A stretch of 32,000 nt of DNA from Wolbachia endosymbiont strain TRS of Brugia malayi. Lineage in GTDB: Bacteria; Pseudomonadota; Alphaproteobacteria; Rickettsiales; Anaplasmataceae. The translations under genes and the position numbers were made by a program. How positions within the stretch are numbered: the first letter of the stretch is position 1; every line of letters starts with the position of its first letter. This document shows, in pieces, positions 1 to 9,300 of this stretch. The notes under the pieces were generated by a model, which did not search any database, was not told the origin of the DNA, and saw only the letters and a list, made by a program, of their open reading frames with translations. Location: positions 60,001-92,000 of the forward strand of contig NC_006833.1 of NCBI RefSeq assembly GCF_000008385.1, in the 5' to 3' direction.

Positions 1-1322
1 TGGAAGGTATAGTAGCACAACTGCGTTCTATTTTTAATGACCTTGAGTACGAAAACCTGTGTAAAATACTCACTTAAAAAAGAAACTTACTTGGATAAAA
101 CGGCATTTAATTTCAAAAGGGTGCTAGCGGTCAAAAGTGCCGGTGTGCCGGAAGTAAATTTTTGCGACAATGTAAGATGTGTATATCCACACAATAATTT
201 GTTTTCACATGTGCTTGGCTACACTGATATAGATGGCAAGGGCATTGCTGGAGTTGAGGTATACATAAATAAGACTGGAATCCAGCCTCACGCTACTCGA
301 ATGACACCTGGTGAATATGTTCAACTATCCTTAGATACATGAGTGCAAGGTATAGTACATGAAGAACTAACTAAGGCTGTAAATGGATGTCAGGTACTTG
401 GTGGAGTAGGACTTGTTTTAAATGTGAAAAATAAGCAAGATCATTTCAGTGGTCAGCTTGCCTGATTTTGATTCCGATCTGCAAAATAAAGCGAAAAAGA
501 AGTATAAGAGTTTAGTCTCGTTAGTCTTGGAGTGTATGAGATGGGATCAGTGTTAAAATTTTTTACAATAGCTGCAACGCTTGATGCAAACGTTGTAAAA
601 ACTAGTGATTTGTATGACGTATCAAAGCCAATCACAATTGGAAAGTGTAAAATTTAGGATTTTCATAAATCTGAAGTCAAAAAAATTACCAAGATATATT
701 TGTGAAATTATACAACATTAGTGCAGCAAAAGTTGCAGCCGAGTTAGGTACTGAGAAGCAAGTAGAATACTTTAAAACTATGAAACTTTTTTCTACTTTG
801 AAAATGAAATACTAGAGAAATCTACACCAATAACCCCGTATAAATAGAGTGAAAGCACTTTAATAACGGCATCTTGCGGTTATGGAAAGATGTAACCCAG
901 ATCCATCTTGTATAGACTGCAGCCGCATTAATCAGCAGTGGGATATTTCACAATGCAACTTTGATGTTAAATAAAGGAAGTATAGGAGAGCAGATTATTG
1001 CAAGAAGCGCTTACTGAGAAGTAAGAAAATTATTATGTGCAGCAGTAACAAATAGGATAGGTAGGAGAACAAGCATAAAAGCGTATTTGATAGGAGATAA
1101 AACTGTATCAGCAGAAAAAGTTGTAAACGATAAATACAACAAGAATGCAAACATAACATCATTTATAGGAGTGCTAACTACAGTTAACCCAGATATATAG
1201 TGCTAATTGTTATTAATGAACCTCAGGTCATACACCACACCTGAGGAATAATCACTACACCTATAGCTAAGAATATTATAAATAAAATAGCACCTATACT
1301 TAAATGTTACACCTGAGATGCA
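1..1322 (+). pseudogene. Degraded penicillin-binding protein (FtsI/PBP2-type transpeptidase), 5' end outside window
   Basis: Translating across frames gives PBP signatures: 'SHVLGYTDIDGKGIAGVE', 'VQLSLDT*VQGIVHEELTKAV', 'GVYEMGSVLKFFTIAAALDANVVKTSDLYD', 'NISAAKVAAELGTEKQVEYFKTMKLF', 'IHLVQTAAALIN(S/D)GIFHNATL', 'TSFIGVLTTVNPDI'. These are interrupted by in-frame stops (e.g. TGA at ~340) and frameshifts. Confidence 0.85.
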
Positions 1323-1326
1323 AGAA

Positions 1327-1674
1327 TTATGATTTCTTTATTAAAATTTTAAGTTTATAATCTTGTTCATTTTTATCAATACAAAGAAACCCATCTTTTG
1401 TTGCACTGCAATTTTCAGGGGCGATGTCTAAATTAATTTTTTTGCCACTGTCATCCATACTCAAATGAACTCTTGGTTCAAAAAAGTCAATTATGTTAGC
1501 CTCAAATTTCTTTGTTATCTTTCTATCCGGAGAAACCAGATTAAATTCCCGAATATTGCTTAGGTCAATATTTCCTATATAATTACTACACCCACTGTCT
1601 GTGCAATATGAACTCTCAACTATATAGCCTTCACTTGGAACTTCTGTAAAAAAATTCCATAAATCACTTGACAT
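1327..1674 (-). CDS. Hypothetical protein, 115 aa, cysteine-containing
   Basis: Intact ORF with plausible composition. It directly abuts the PBP remnant on the opposite strand. No family recognised. Confidence 0.5.
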   Translation of the reverse strand: MSSDLWNFFTEVPSEGYIVESSYCTDSGCSNYIGNIDLSNIREFNLVSPDRKITKKFEANIIDFFEPRVHLSMDDSGKKINLDIAPENCSATKDGFLCIDKNEQDYKLKILIKKS

Positions 1675-1802
1675 ACAAAATACCCTTAATATTTACCACT
1701 TGAAGAAGTATATATACTTTTTAAGTATATGTAACCATAATACATCTCAAAATACAAAGTTCAACAGTTAATTGTGTGAAAGATAAAATTGCTAATGGCT
1801 AC

Positions 1803-2513
1803 TTAAATCCTTTTATTAGTTTTTTTCACCATGCTGTCAATCATGTGTTTTATTCCTTGATATACAGAATATGTACTTTCGTCTCTACGCATATAAGCAG
1901 AACAGGAAAACACATTATGTTCTTCGTCTTCTATTGATAACCCTGTGTCACATTTTATGTGCTCACCACCTAGCTTTTCTATCAACTTTTCTCTGTCATC
2001 TCCTATAGTAACCTTAATCTTACTTTCTCCTTTACTTGTTTTACTACTTAAAATAGAAACAATTATTGCTGGAGATATACATATAGCTCCTATTGGTTTT
2101 TTTGTAGCAAAAAATTCTGAAACTAATCTCTCAAATTCGGGTATTACTGTTACCACTTCTTTATCTTCAGCTAAGTCAGATAGATTTTTTGCAACTCCAT
2201 ATCCACCAGGTACAACTAACATGTCAAAATCTTCGGCTTTGGCTTCTTTTAGGTCACATATTTCGCTTCTTGCAACTCTTGCTGCTTCCACGAGTACATT
2301 TCTTTTTTCTTTTACTGCTTCTGTTGTTTTATGGTTCACAACTTGTGTAATATTGATATCAGGTGCAAAGCATTTGACCTCCACTTCCTGCTGATCAAGT
2401 ACAAGCAGACTTAAAACCACTTCTCTCACTTCTGCACCATCAAGATGACCGCATCCTGATAAAACCACAGCAGCTTTTAATTTTTTTTCACCCATAGAGT
2501 ACCTTGATTTCAT
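1803..2513 (-). CDS. elbB: Isoprenoid biosynthesis glyoxalase ElbB-like (DJ-1/PfpI superfamily)
   Basis: 'KLKAAVVLSGCGHLDGAEVREVVLSLLVLDQQEVEVKCFAPD', 'FDMLVVPGGYGVAKNLSD', 'KPIGAICISPAII'. The true start may be the internal Met at ~2495 (MGEKKLKAAV). Confidence 0.9.
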   Translation of the reverse strand: MKSRYSMGEKKLKAAVVLSGCGHLDGAEVREVVLSLLVLDQQEVEVKCFAPDINITQVVNHKTTEAVKEKRNVLVEAARVARSEICDLKEAKAEDFDMLVVPGGYGVAKNLSDLAEDKEVVTVIPEFERLVSEFFATKKPIGAICISPAIIVSILSSKTSKGESKIKVTIGDDREKLIEKLGGEHIKCDTGLSIEDEEHNVFSCSAYMRRDESTYSVYQGIKHMIDSMVKKTNKRI

Positions 2514-2639
2514 ATAATTTAGGTATTGTAATACAAATTCTATGTTTGGAAAGGGGTAATTATATTAATTATTTTGTATTAGTTATAATACAATTAATAT
2601 GTATAATTAGACATACTTATAATTGATGGAGTTTGGTAT

Positions 2640-3590
2640 GGCGCCTAAAAAGGGAGAAGAACCTCTATTAGAGTAAGATAAATTAGAAGAAACTGTTTCG
2701 AGTGTAGTAAAAATAATTGCGCAATCCTCACAGGGGAAAAAAGCAGTTTATTTGAAGCTCTATCAGAACAAGTTGGAAAGATGGATTTTAATGGTTTGGG
2801 TTTAGCAATTGATTGCCAAGGTTTGCAAAAGGAAGTGAATAAAGAATTGTTTATAAAATTGATTGAAGGAGCACTTATAAAATCCAACTTTTGAAAAGCC
2901 ACTTAGAGGTAATAGAGGGTATTCTAAAATCTGTTGAACATGAGACGATAAGTAATATTATAAATAGTAATAAAGGCCCGTTAGGTAATCTTAACTATTT
3001 TAAATCAGCATCTGCAAATGAAAAAATTGCAATGGCTTCTGCTGGGGTGGTATTGTGAAAGTGACGTTTTCTCCACTTATTATGTTTGCCACATTAATGA
3101 TGCTTGTAGCTGTTAGAGCGGATTATACAGGGATAAGGATAAGAAAAGCTGTGAAAAAATAAAGGAATGGGTGATTGAAGTAGGGAAAGCGATGAAAAAT
3201 TTACTTAAAGATTTTATCAATCAATTACCTGAAGTTCGAGCAAGAGAGAATAATTTCGGTAGGTTATATAGGAAGTTGTCTAAATCTATTTATAGATACT
3301 GGTAAGTCAGAGAAAGAAGGTGAGGTAAAGAATGCTCGAAATAAGGCAAAGGTAATAGAAATGCTTCAAAACAAGGGACAACAGTCGGCTATAAAAGAGT
3401 TAATAAAGGATGGAACATTGATTTTCCAAAGGAAGAAGAGAATATTATGGACAGACTTGTAAAAAAGGGTTACAGTACTCATGAGAAGAATAATATGGCA
3501 GTACTTAAGGAGCTTATGGAGAAATTTCTACCTGCAATTATGGCCATTATTAACAACATAGAAGAGGTAAAAGAAAAAGTTAATTAGAAG
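2640..3590 (+). pseudogene. Degraded hypothetical gene, multiple frameshifts/stops
   Basis: Protein-like fragments occur in shifting plus-strand frames: 'MAPKKGEEPLLE*DKLEETVSSVVKIIAQSSQGKK', 'EALSEQVGKMDFNGLGLAIDCQGLQKEVNKELFIKLIEGALIKSNF', 'HETISNIINSNKGPLGNLNYFKSASANEKIAMASAGVV', 'KAMKNLLKDFINQLPEVRARENNFGRLYRKLSKSIYRY', 'LKELMEKFLPAIMAIINNIEEVKEKVN'. Confidence 0.6.
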
Positions 3591-3710
3591 GTAAGAAAGA
3601 AGCCACTTTCTACAATAGAGAGTCTAAGTTCTAAGTGAGTGGGTACAAGAGGACAATTCAAGCACCAATGGCTTTGTTGCATACTCATTAACACCAAAAA
3701 AAAAGCTGTT

Positions 3711-5054
3711 CTACTTCCTGCTTAACATATCCATTAAGTCAGATTCTTTGAATTTGCTATGGTCAACTTTGCTGAATTTATTAACCATTGCGCTCATTTG
3801 ATCATATTGCTTAATTAAAAGATTGACATCTGGTACTCTTGTACCAGAGCCCTTCGCGATTCTAAGCCTCCTCTTGCCATTTAAAATATTCGGATCTTGC
3901 CTTTCTTTTTCAGTCATCGAATTTATGATAGCTATATATTTTTTCACTTTACTATCATCGGGCACTCCGCTACTTAGCTTTTTTGTAAATGAGCTTGGAA
4001 TGAATTTCATTATATTGCTGATACCGTCCATTTTTTTTAGCGTTTTTAGCATTCTTACCAAGTCATTTAAGTCAAGTCTGCCTTTTTTTACTTTCTTTTG
4101 TAGTTTGTCAAATTCTTCCTGACCAACGATTTCGGCAGCTCTTTCAACCAATGAGATAACATCACCCATATCGAGTATCCTTTTTGCAATTCTATCGGGG
4201 TAAAAATCATCAAGGTCGCTTAGCTTTTCACCACAGGCAATGAACTTAATTGGGCAGTTAGTTACCATTTTCATAGAAAGGGCAGCGCCGCCACGTGCGT
4301 CACCATCAACACGGGTGAGAATAATACCGGTTACACCTATTGTTTCGTTAAATGATTTGGCTATGTTTACTGCATCCTGGCCAATCATCGCATCGGCTAC
4401 TAAAATAACTTCTGCAGGTGAAGCTATTTTCTTCACAGTTTTCAACTCATTCATCATATTGTCGTCTATGTGAAGTCTACCCGCGGTATCTAGTATCAGC
4501 ACATCATAATTATCGTTTTTTGCTGCCGCCAGTGCCCTTTTTGTAATTGCAGTAGGCTTCTCATCCGTTACTGTAGATAAAGTTTGTATGTCTATTTGTT
4601 TTCCAAGCACTTCAAGTTGTTTCTGGGCAGCAGGCCTGTAAATGTCCAAAGAGGCAAGCATCACTTTTTTCTTTTGTTTTTTTAGCTTTAAAGCAAGCTT
4701 TCCTGAGGTGGTTGTTTTACCTGCACCTTGCAAGCCTACCATCATGATTACAGCAGGAGGGTTGGCTCCTAGATTTAGATCACTTTTCTCCAGTCCAAGA
4801 ATTGTAATTAAATTATCCTGCACGACTTTGATTATCATTTGTGCGGGAGAAACGCTTTTTATGACTTTTTCTCCTATTACTTTATCTTTAATGTCGTTGA
4901 TAAATTTTTTTGCGACTTCAAGAGAAACATCAGCTTCAATTAAAGCTATGCGTATTTCACGTATAGCAAGGTTGAAGTCATCTTCAGAAATGATAGACTT
5001 TCCCTTGAGCTTATTAAATACAGAATTTAAACTTTCGGTTAATGATTTAAACAT
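3711..5054 (-). CDS. ffh: Signal recognition particle protein Ffh (GTPase)
   Basis: 447 aa with 'GLQGAGKTTTSGKLALKLKKQKKKVMLASLDIYRPAAQKQL', 'DTAGRLHIDDNMMNEL', 'GVILTRVDGDARGGAALS', and an M domain 'GNGKRRLRIAKGSGTRVPDVNLLIKQYDQM'-type motif ('NGKRRLRIAKGSGT'). Confidence 0.98.
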   Translation of the reverse strand: MFKSLTESLNSVFNKLKGKSIISEDDFNLAIREIRIALIEADVSLEVAKKFINDIKDKVIGEKVIKSVSPAQMIIKVVQDNLITILGLEKSDLNLGANPPAVIMMVGLQGAGKTTTSGKLALKLKKQKKKVMLASLDIYRPAAQKQLEVLGKQIDIQTLSTVTDEKPTAITKRALAAAKNDNYDVLILDTAGRLHIDDNMMNELKTVKKIASPAEVILVADAMIGQDAVNIAKSFNETIGVTGIILTRVDGDARGGAALSMKMVTNCPIKFIACGEKLSDLDDFYPDRIAKRILDMGDVISLVERAAEIVGQEEFDKLQKKVKKGRLDLNDLVRMLKTLKKMDGISNIMKFIPSSFTKKLSSGVPDDSKVKKYIAIINSMTEKERQDPNILNGKRRLRIAKGSGTRVPDVNLLIKQYDQMSAMVNKFSKVDHSKFKESDLMDMLSRK

Positions 5055-6589
5055 AGCAGCACTAACAAAATACTCATCAAAAAAAGAGAAGAAGCTGAAA
5101 TAAAACTCACTGAATCATAACTTAGCGCTTCTTTAAGTTTATTAGCATTATTAAAGTATAAATTAGTGAGTGAATTAGTCAAGTTTTGCAGTGCACCAGC
5201 AGATATTTTCCTCATTTTGAAAATTAATTTATTGAACAGTGAAACAACATAGGGTATGAGAGCTCTAAAAATCCAATCGATATCCATTTTAAGATTTATT
5301 CTTGGCAAAAATAACTTACGTAAAGGAATAAATAGCAAAGTAACACATAGTAGTAAATTAAGTTGTGACCAGATGTTTTTTGTGTTATACGCAAGGTTAA
5401 AAATCGAGGGCTTGTTGTAAATAGGCAGGTAAGGATTGCCAGCGATCACGCATATAGATGCTAAAATAATCATAGCTACTCCTCCCCCCTTCTCTGCTAA
5501 AAGTTTGGACCTGCTTTTGGTAATAAATATATAATAAAGAAACTTGAGCCCCACACTTAAATAAAGTGATAAATTCAAAATCTTGTGTAAGTTTTTATAC
5601 AATTCTAAGTTAGTACCATTCATTTTAATTTCGACTGCAATGTATGATTTGCTGATAAATCCAGCAGTTCCTGGAAATGCAGCCATTGTTAGTATTGCGA
5701 TCAAAGCATATATTCCTTCCGCTGACATGAATTTACCCACTCTATTAAAATTTACTGCTTTTGTCCGCAAGATAATCGAGTTAGCAACAGCGGTGAGCAA
5801 TAATTGATAGACAATGGAGAAAATTATGTTAAGTATAAGTAGTGGTATGGCATTTTTTGAATGGCTAAGCAGACTCCCTGTCATAATTAGTATGCCCATT
5901 TGTCCTACGACGTTGTAGGCTAAAAATCTACGGATATTTTGTTCAAGGGAAGTAAATATAATACCATAAATTGCAGTGATAGTACCCAAGAATGCTAATA
6001 TTTCAGCGTGATCTTGCCAAAGGTTGTAGGTATGTAAAAGTGCTATTAAAAAAGAAATCTTAGTAGTAAATAGGGAAAGGTATGATGCACCGTGCAATGA
6101 CGCAGCAGGGTATGCGTCAACAACCCAGAATGAAAAAGGAAAACAAGCACAAATTATTAATAAACCCATGATTATTAAATTAGGATTTTGAATCGCTAAC
6201 CCTGCTGTTAGTATAATCCCGACAAAAAAGTGTACGCAAGCGTATCTTATTGCAGGTCCATTATCTTTGCAGCCGGCTGCAATAATAAAAGATGCGCTGA
6301 TGGCCATTAATTCACAGAATATTATAACCGATATTATCTGCTTAGATAATATTGCACATAGTGAACTAATAGTGTAGGCAAAAAAAGATAGCATTTCTGA
6401 AAAGCTAAAATTTTTTGCTGGTAAGACAATTAAAAATGCAACTGATAAAAAAGATATTAGTATGATGCGAAAGGATAAATCAAAATTTAGAACTGGATAA
6501 GACCAATTTACTGTGACTTCAGGTAGTTTTAGAACTATAACCATTAATATAGTCAGCAGAAATAACAGTGAAGATTTGTAAAGTTGCAC
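5039..6589 (-). CDS. Orphan NuoM/NuoN/MrpD-type proton-conducting membrane transporter subunit
   Basis: 516 aa, strongly hydrophobic. Proton_antipo_M-like segments: 'PFSFWVVDAYPAASLHGASYLSLFTTKISFLIALLH', 'NIRRFLAYNVVGQMGILIMTG', 'AALAFPGTAGFISKSYI'-like ('ILTMAAFPGTAGFISKSYIAVEI'). Confidence 0.85.
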   Translation of the reverse strand: MQLYKSSLLFLLTILMVIVLKLPEVTVNWSYPVLNFDLSFRIILISFLSVAFLIVLPAKNFSFSEMLSFFAYTISSLCAILSKQIISVIIFCELMAISASFIIAAGCKDNGPAIRYACVHFFVGIILTAGLAIQNPNLIIMGLLIICACFPFSFWVVDAYPAASLHGASYLSLFTTKISFLIALLHTYNLWQDHAEILAFLGTITAIYGIIFTSLEQNIRRFLAYNVVGQMGILIMTGSLLSHSKNAIPLLILNIIFSIVYQLLLTAVANSIILRTKAVNFNRVGKFMSAEGIYALIAILTMAAFPGTAGFISKSYIAVEIKMNGTNLELYKNLHKILNLSLYLSVGLKFLYYIFITKSRSKLLAEKGGGVAMIILASICVIAGNPYLPIYNKPSIFNLAYNTKNIWSQLNLLLCVTLLFIPLRKLFLPRINLKMDIDWIFRALIPYVVSLFNKLIFKMRKISAGALQNLTNSLTNLYFNNANKLKEALSYDSVSFISASSLFLMSILLVLLCLNH

Positions 6590-7357
6590 GATGATTTAAA
6601 CTAATGTAGTTTATACTACCTTAATGTATAAGCAAAATCAATTTGCTTGTAGTTACTCTTAACTACTAATTAAACTAATTATCATATAATTATATCAGGG
6701 TTAAGGGGTTATAGGAGAACGGTCAGATTAGGTTTGTAATCTAACCTGACCGATAGCTTTAATAGTGAGGTAAGCTTTAATATAGCATCCTCGATTTGTA
6801 GTGCTACACTCGTGTACAATTCGTTTTAAATTTGTGCAGGAGTGTTAGTAGATTATTTACTTTTTGAAATAAAATTTAGCATTAATTTTTTATGGCTAAC
6901 ATAAAATCCTTGCTGTTTTCTGTGTTGCCTATATTAAAATAATTATTATAGCATGAAGTTATTAATAATATATATTTTAGCATAGCAGATACAGAAAAGG
7001 ATGGTGAAATAGCAGCAGTTTGACAGTGTCATTCCAGTGCGTGACTCACAACTGTACGAACATTGGGTTTGATAGACTAGGATTCAAGTAGCTGATATAG
7101 GAACGAAAAATTTACTTAACACACTTTGCCAGCTCTCTTAATTATGGTAATAGGGCTATTTTATATAACTTCTAATTTGTGCAGATTAAATGACAAGAAG
7201 ATTTTACATTTGGTGTACTGTTGTTTAATTTTTGCACTATATATACTGTAAGATTTCTAAATTAAAAAGCTTTTTAGACATCATCCAACATCAAGTTTTT
7301 AAAATTAAAGAGTTAGTGACTAGCTACTACTGGTCTTTTTACTTTTTTTCTGCTTAG

Positions 7358-7394
7358 TAAATTTCTTAAATATTTAAGCTAAGGTTAGTTACGG
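7358..7394. repeat. Left copy of a short imperfect direct repeat flanking the IS66 remnant
   Basis: 'taaatttcttaaatatttaagctaaggttagttacgg' closely resembles 'taaatttcttaaacatttttagctaaaggctagttata' at 8543-8580. Confidence 0.5.
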
Positions 7395-7479
7395 GTTAAA
7401 AGCAGCTAAAAAGATGTTCTACCCTTTTTCAAAATTTTTACATTAGTTGATAAAATCGTAAATCATCTACCAAATTTTA

Positions 7480-8475
7480 TTTTTTTGCTTTTGTACCACA
7501 AATACTCTGTTATTGAGTGACTTGAGCGCCTGGCCAATTTTGCTCACTTCAATATTTTTACTATACGCAAATCTTTGAAAATCTCTTGTCAAATGTGTCC
7601 AACATATCTATCTATTTTCAAACTAAAATAATTGTACGCAGCGTATTGTTGCTTACAACTATGCCATTGTATTCTGGCAGTAAACTTTGCAACACCTTCT
7701 TGCCACGAGACTCGGTCATCTTTAGAAGTGTCAGAGCGCTTTGTTGTTATTACCCAACCCAGCCTCTTTCTCCTTGATTTCTGTGCTATGTTTCATCTAT
7801 ATGCAGGTTTCTTTCAATTCTTCCTTCATTTTCTCATATTCAGATGCGCATCTTTTGATACTCTGTGCTCAGTCTTTGATACTAAACTAAGACTTATATT
7901 GAGGTTAAATATACTGCTTAAAATTTGTTGTACTTTTCTTTTCGAGTTAATAAAAAAGCCACTTAGGCTGCTAATTGTTGTTTTAGCATTGAACCCTAGA
8001 GGACCTCTTGAAACCCCCATGGTTAAACTAGCTGAACCCTTCCTATCACAAGCTCTGTAATAGTTTCTTTGCAACCTGTACTCAGTTACGATTGGTTTGA
8101 TTTCTGGTAATTCTACCTTTTAATGGACAATTTCATCTTCTAAAACAACCTTATTTCCACACACACAAACCTGATAAAATTGTATAGTCTACTACTATAT
8201 TTGCTACCATCAAATCTCACTTATATACCTTATGCCCTGGCTGACCTCCTGGTTTTTTATCACTTTTCTTTTTTGTTTTTTTGCGATATATATCTTGCGA
8301 TGGTGGTAGAGATGAACTTTTTGAGTTCAGACCCAGTTTATCTTCTAGCTCAATTATTTTTGCTTTTAAGCCATCATTTTCTATAATCAGAGCCTTTATT
8401 TCTTCTTTGAGATTAGCGTTTTTTGATTTGTACGCCACAATCTTTTCTGCAGCCCTGTTATCATACCCACTCTAT
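7480..8475 (-). mobile_element. IS66-family transposase remnant (copy A), truncated and frameshifted
   Basis: N-terminal segment 8217-8438: 'LKAKIIELEDKLGLNSKSSSLPPSQDIYRKKTKKKSDKKPGGQPGHK'. Central: 'SLSGFFINSKRKVQQILSSIFNLNISLSLVSKTEHRVSK'. Downstream, around 7500-7700, 'ARIQWHSCKQQYAAYNYFSLKI' (Tnp_IS66 'RYAAYNYF' motif). The C-terminal NNxAERxxR region was not found. Confidence 0.85.
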
Positions 8476-8542
8476 ACTTAGCTTCTCATGTCTTTACACT
8501 TTTACAATCACTTTGTAAATCCCTTATCTCCGTGAACGGTTA

Positions 8543-8580
8543 TAAATTTCTTAAACATTTTTAGCTAAAGGCTAGTTATA
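8543..8580. repeat. Right copy of the short imperfect direct repeat
   Basis: See the left copy at 7358-7394; same orientation, about 1.15 kb apart. Confidence 0.5.
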
Positions 8581-8936
8581 ACTATGAACCCAAATTTGCT
8601 TTTGTTAAGGTAATCCGCACAACAAATGGTATTATGCCAGCCTTGATACCCTCTCGGTGGAGCAAAATTACAATGTTCGTACAATTATGAACTTAGCCCA
8701 CATTAGTTATAGACTCCAGTATCAAGTGTGTAGTGACAGGAGAGTAGTACATTTGAGTAACAGGTGCTGAAATCAGTAAGCTCTTAAGTAACAGATAGTT
8801 GTATAATGAAGATTAAATTGTAGACCCTGTAAGGAACTGTACTGTATATCAATATCTTCCTGTGTCTTATTTTTATAATCATCCACTAGTGTGTAATTAA
8901 TATTAAACTTATTTAGTCTACGTTAATATTCATTGT

Positions 8937-9229
8937 AGAGATATTTTTCACCATAATCTTCCACTATGATATTTACGTAGTCAGCACTGTCAATATCAGA
9001 AAGCTTGTTACATATTTTTGAATCTTTAACTACATAGTGTTGTGTAAACTTGCATTCACTGCTGTCGTCTTTACAAAAAGAGAATTTTCTTTTTTAATCA
9101 CTATCTGTGGTAATGATAAATCTATTGCCTTCTTTATCTTTTGCTGAAAACTCATTACTGCTCTTATTTATAGAATATTGTTCCTTTGGAAATGTAAATG
9201 TTAAATGATATGTAATAATACTACCTTAA
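8937..9229 (-). pseudogene. Degraded small hypothetical gene
   Basis: Reverse-strand translation reads 'IITYHLTFTFPKEQYSINKSSNEFSAKDKEGNRFIITTDSD*KRKFSFCKDDSSECKFTQHYVVKDSKICNKLSDIDSADYVNIIVEDYGEK' with an internal stop. Confidence 0.4.
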
Positions 9230-9300
9230 TAAAAAGAGCTATTATAGTGTAGATTTATTATAAATAATATATATTATAGTATAATTAATCTAGAATAAAC

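Noticed and set aside
340-342. Possible TGA recoding (PBP TGA at ~340, argD-like TGA in 'L*HCSN')
   Set aside because: TAA stops and frameshifts occur in the same loci, so ordinary pseudogenisation explains the data.
1945-2394. 149-aa plus-strand ORF
   Set aside because: Antisense to elbB-like; Ser/Thr/Leu-rich shadow ORF.
3669-3695. 'ggctttgttgcatactcatt' resembling an IS terminal inverted repeat (similar 'ggctttgttgaacagcc' at ~20564)
   Set aside because: Only a short shared 10-mer (ggctttgttg), with no transposase or paired terminus nearby; not enough to call an element.
3823-5103. Plus-strand ORFs (3823-4122, 4240-4473, 4642-5103)
   Set aside because: Antisense to ffh, whose reading is strongly supported.
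7632-8060. 142-aa plus-strand ORF
   Set aside because: Shadow of the IS66 transposase remnant on the minus strand.
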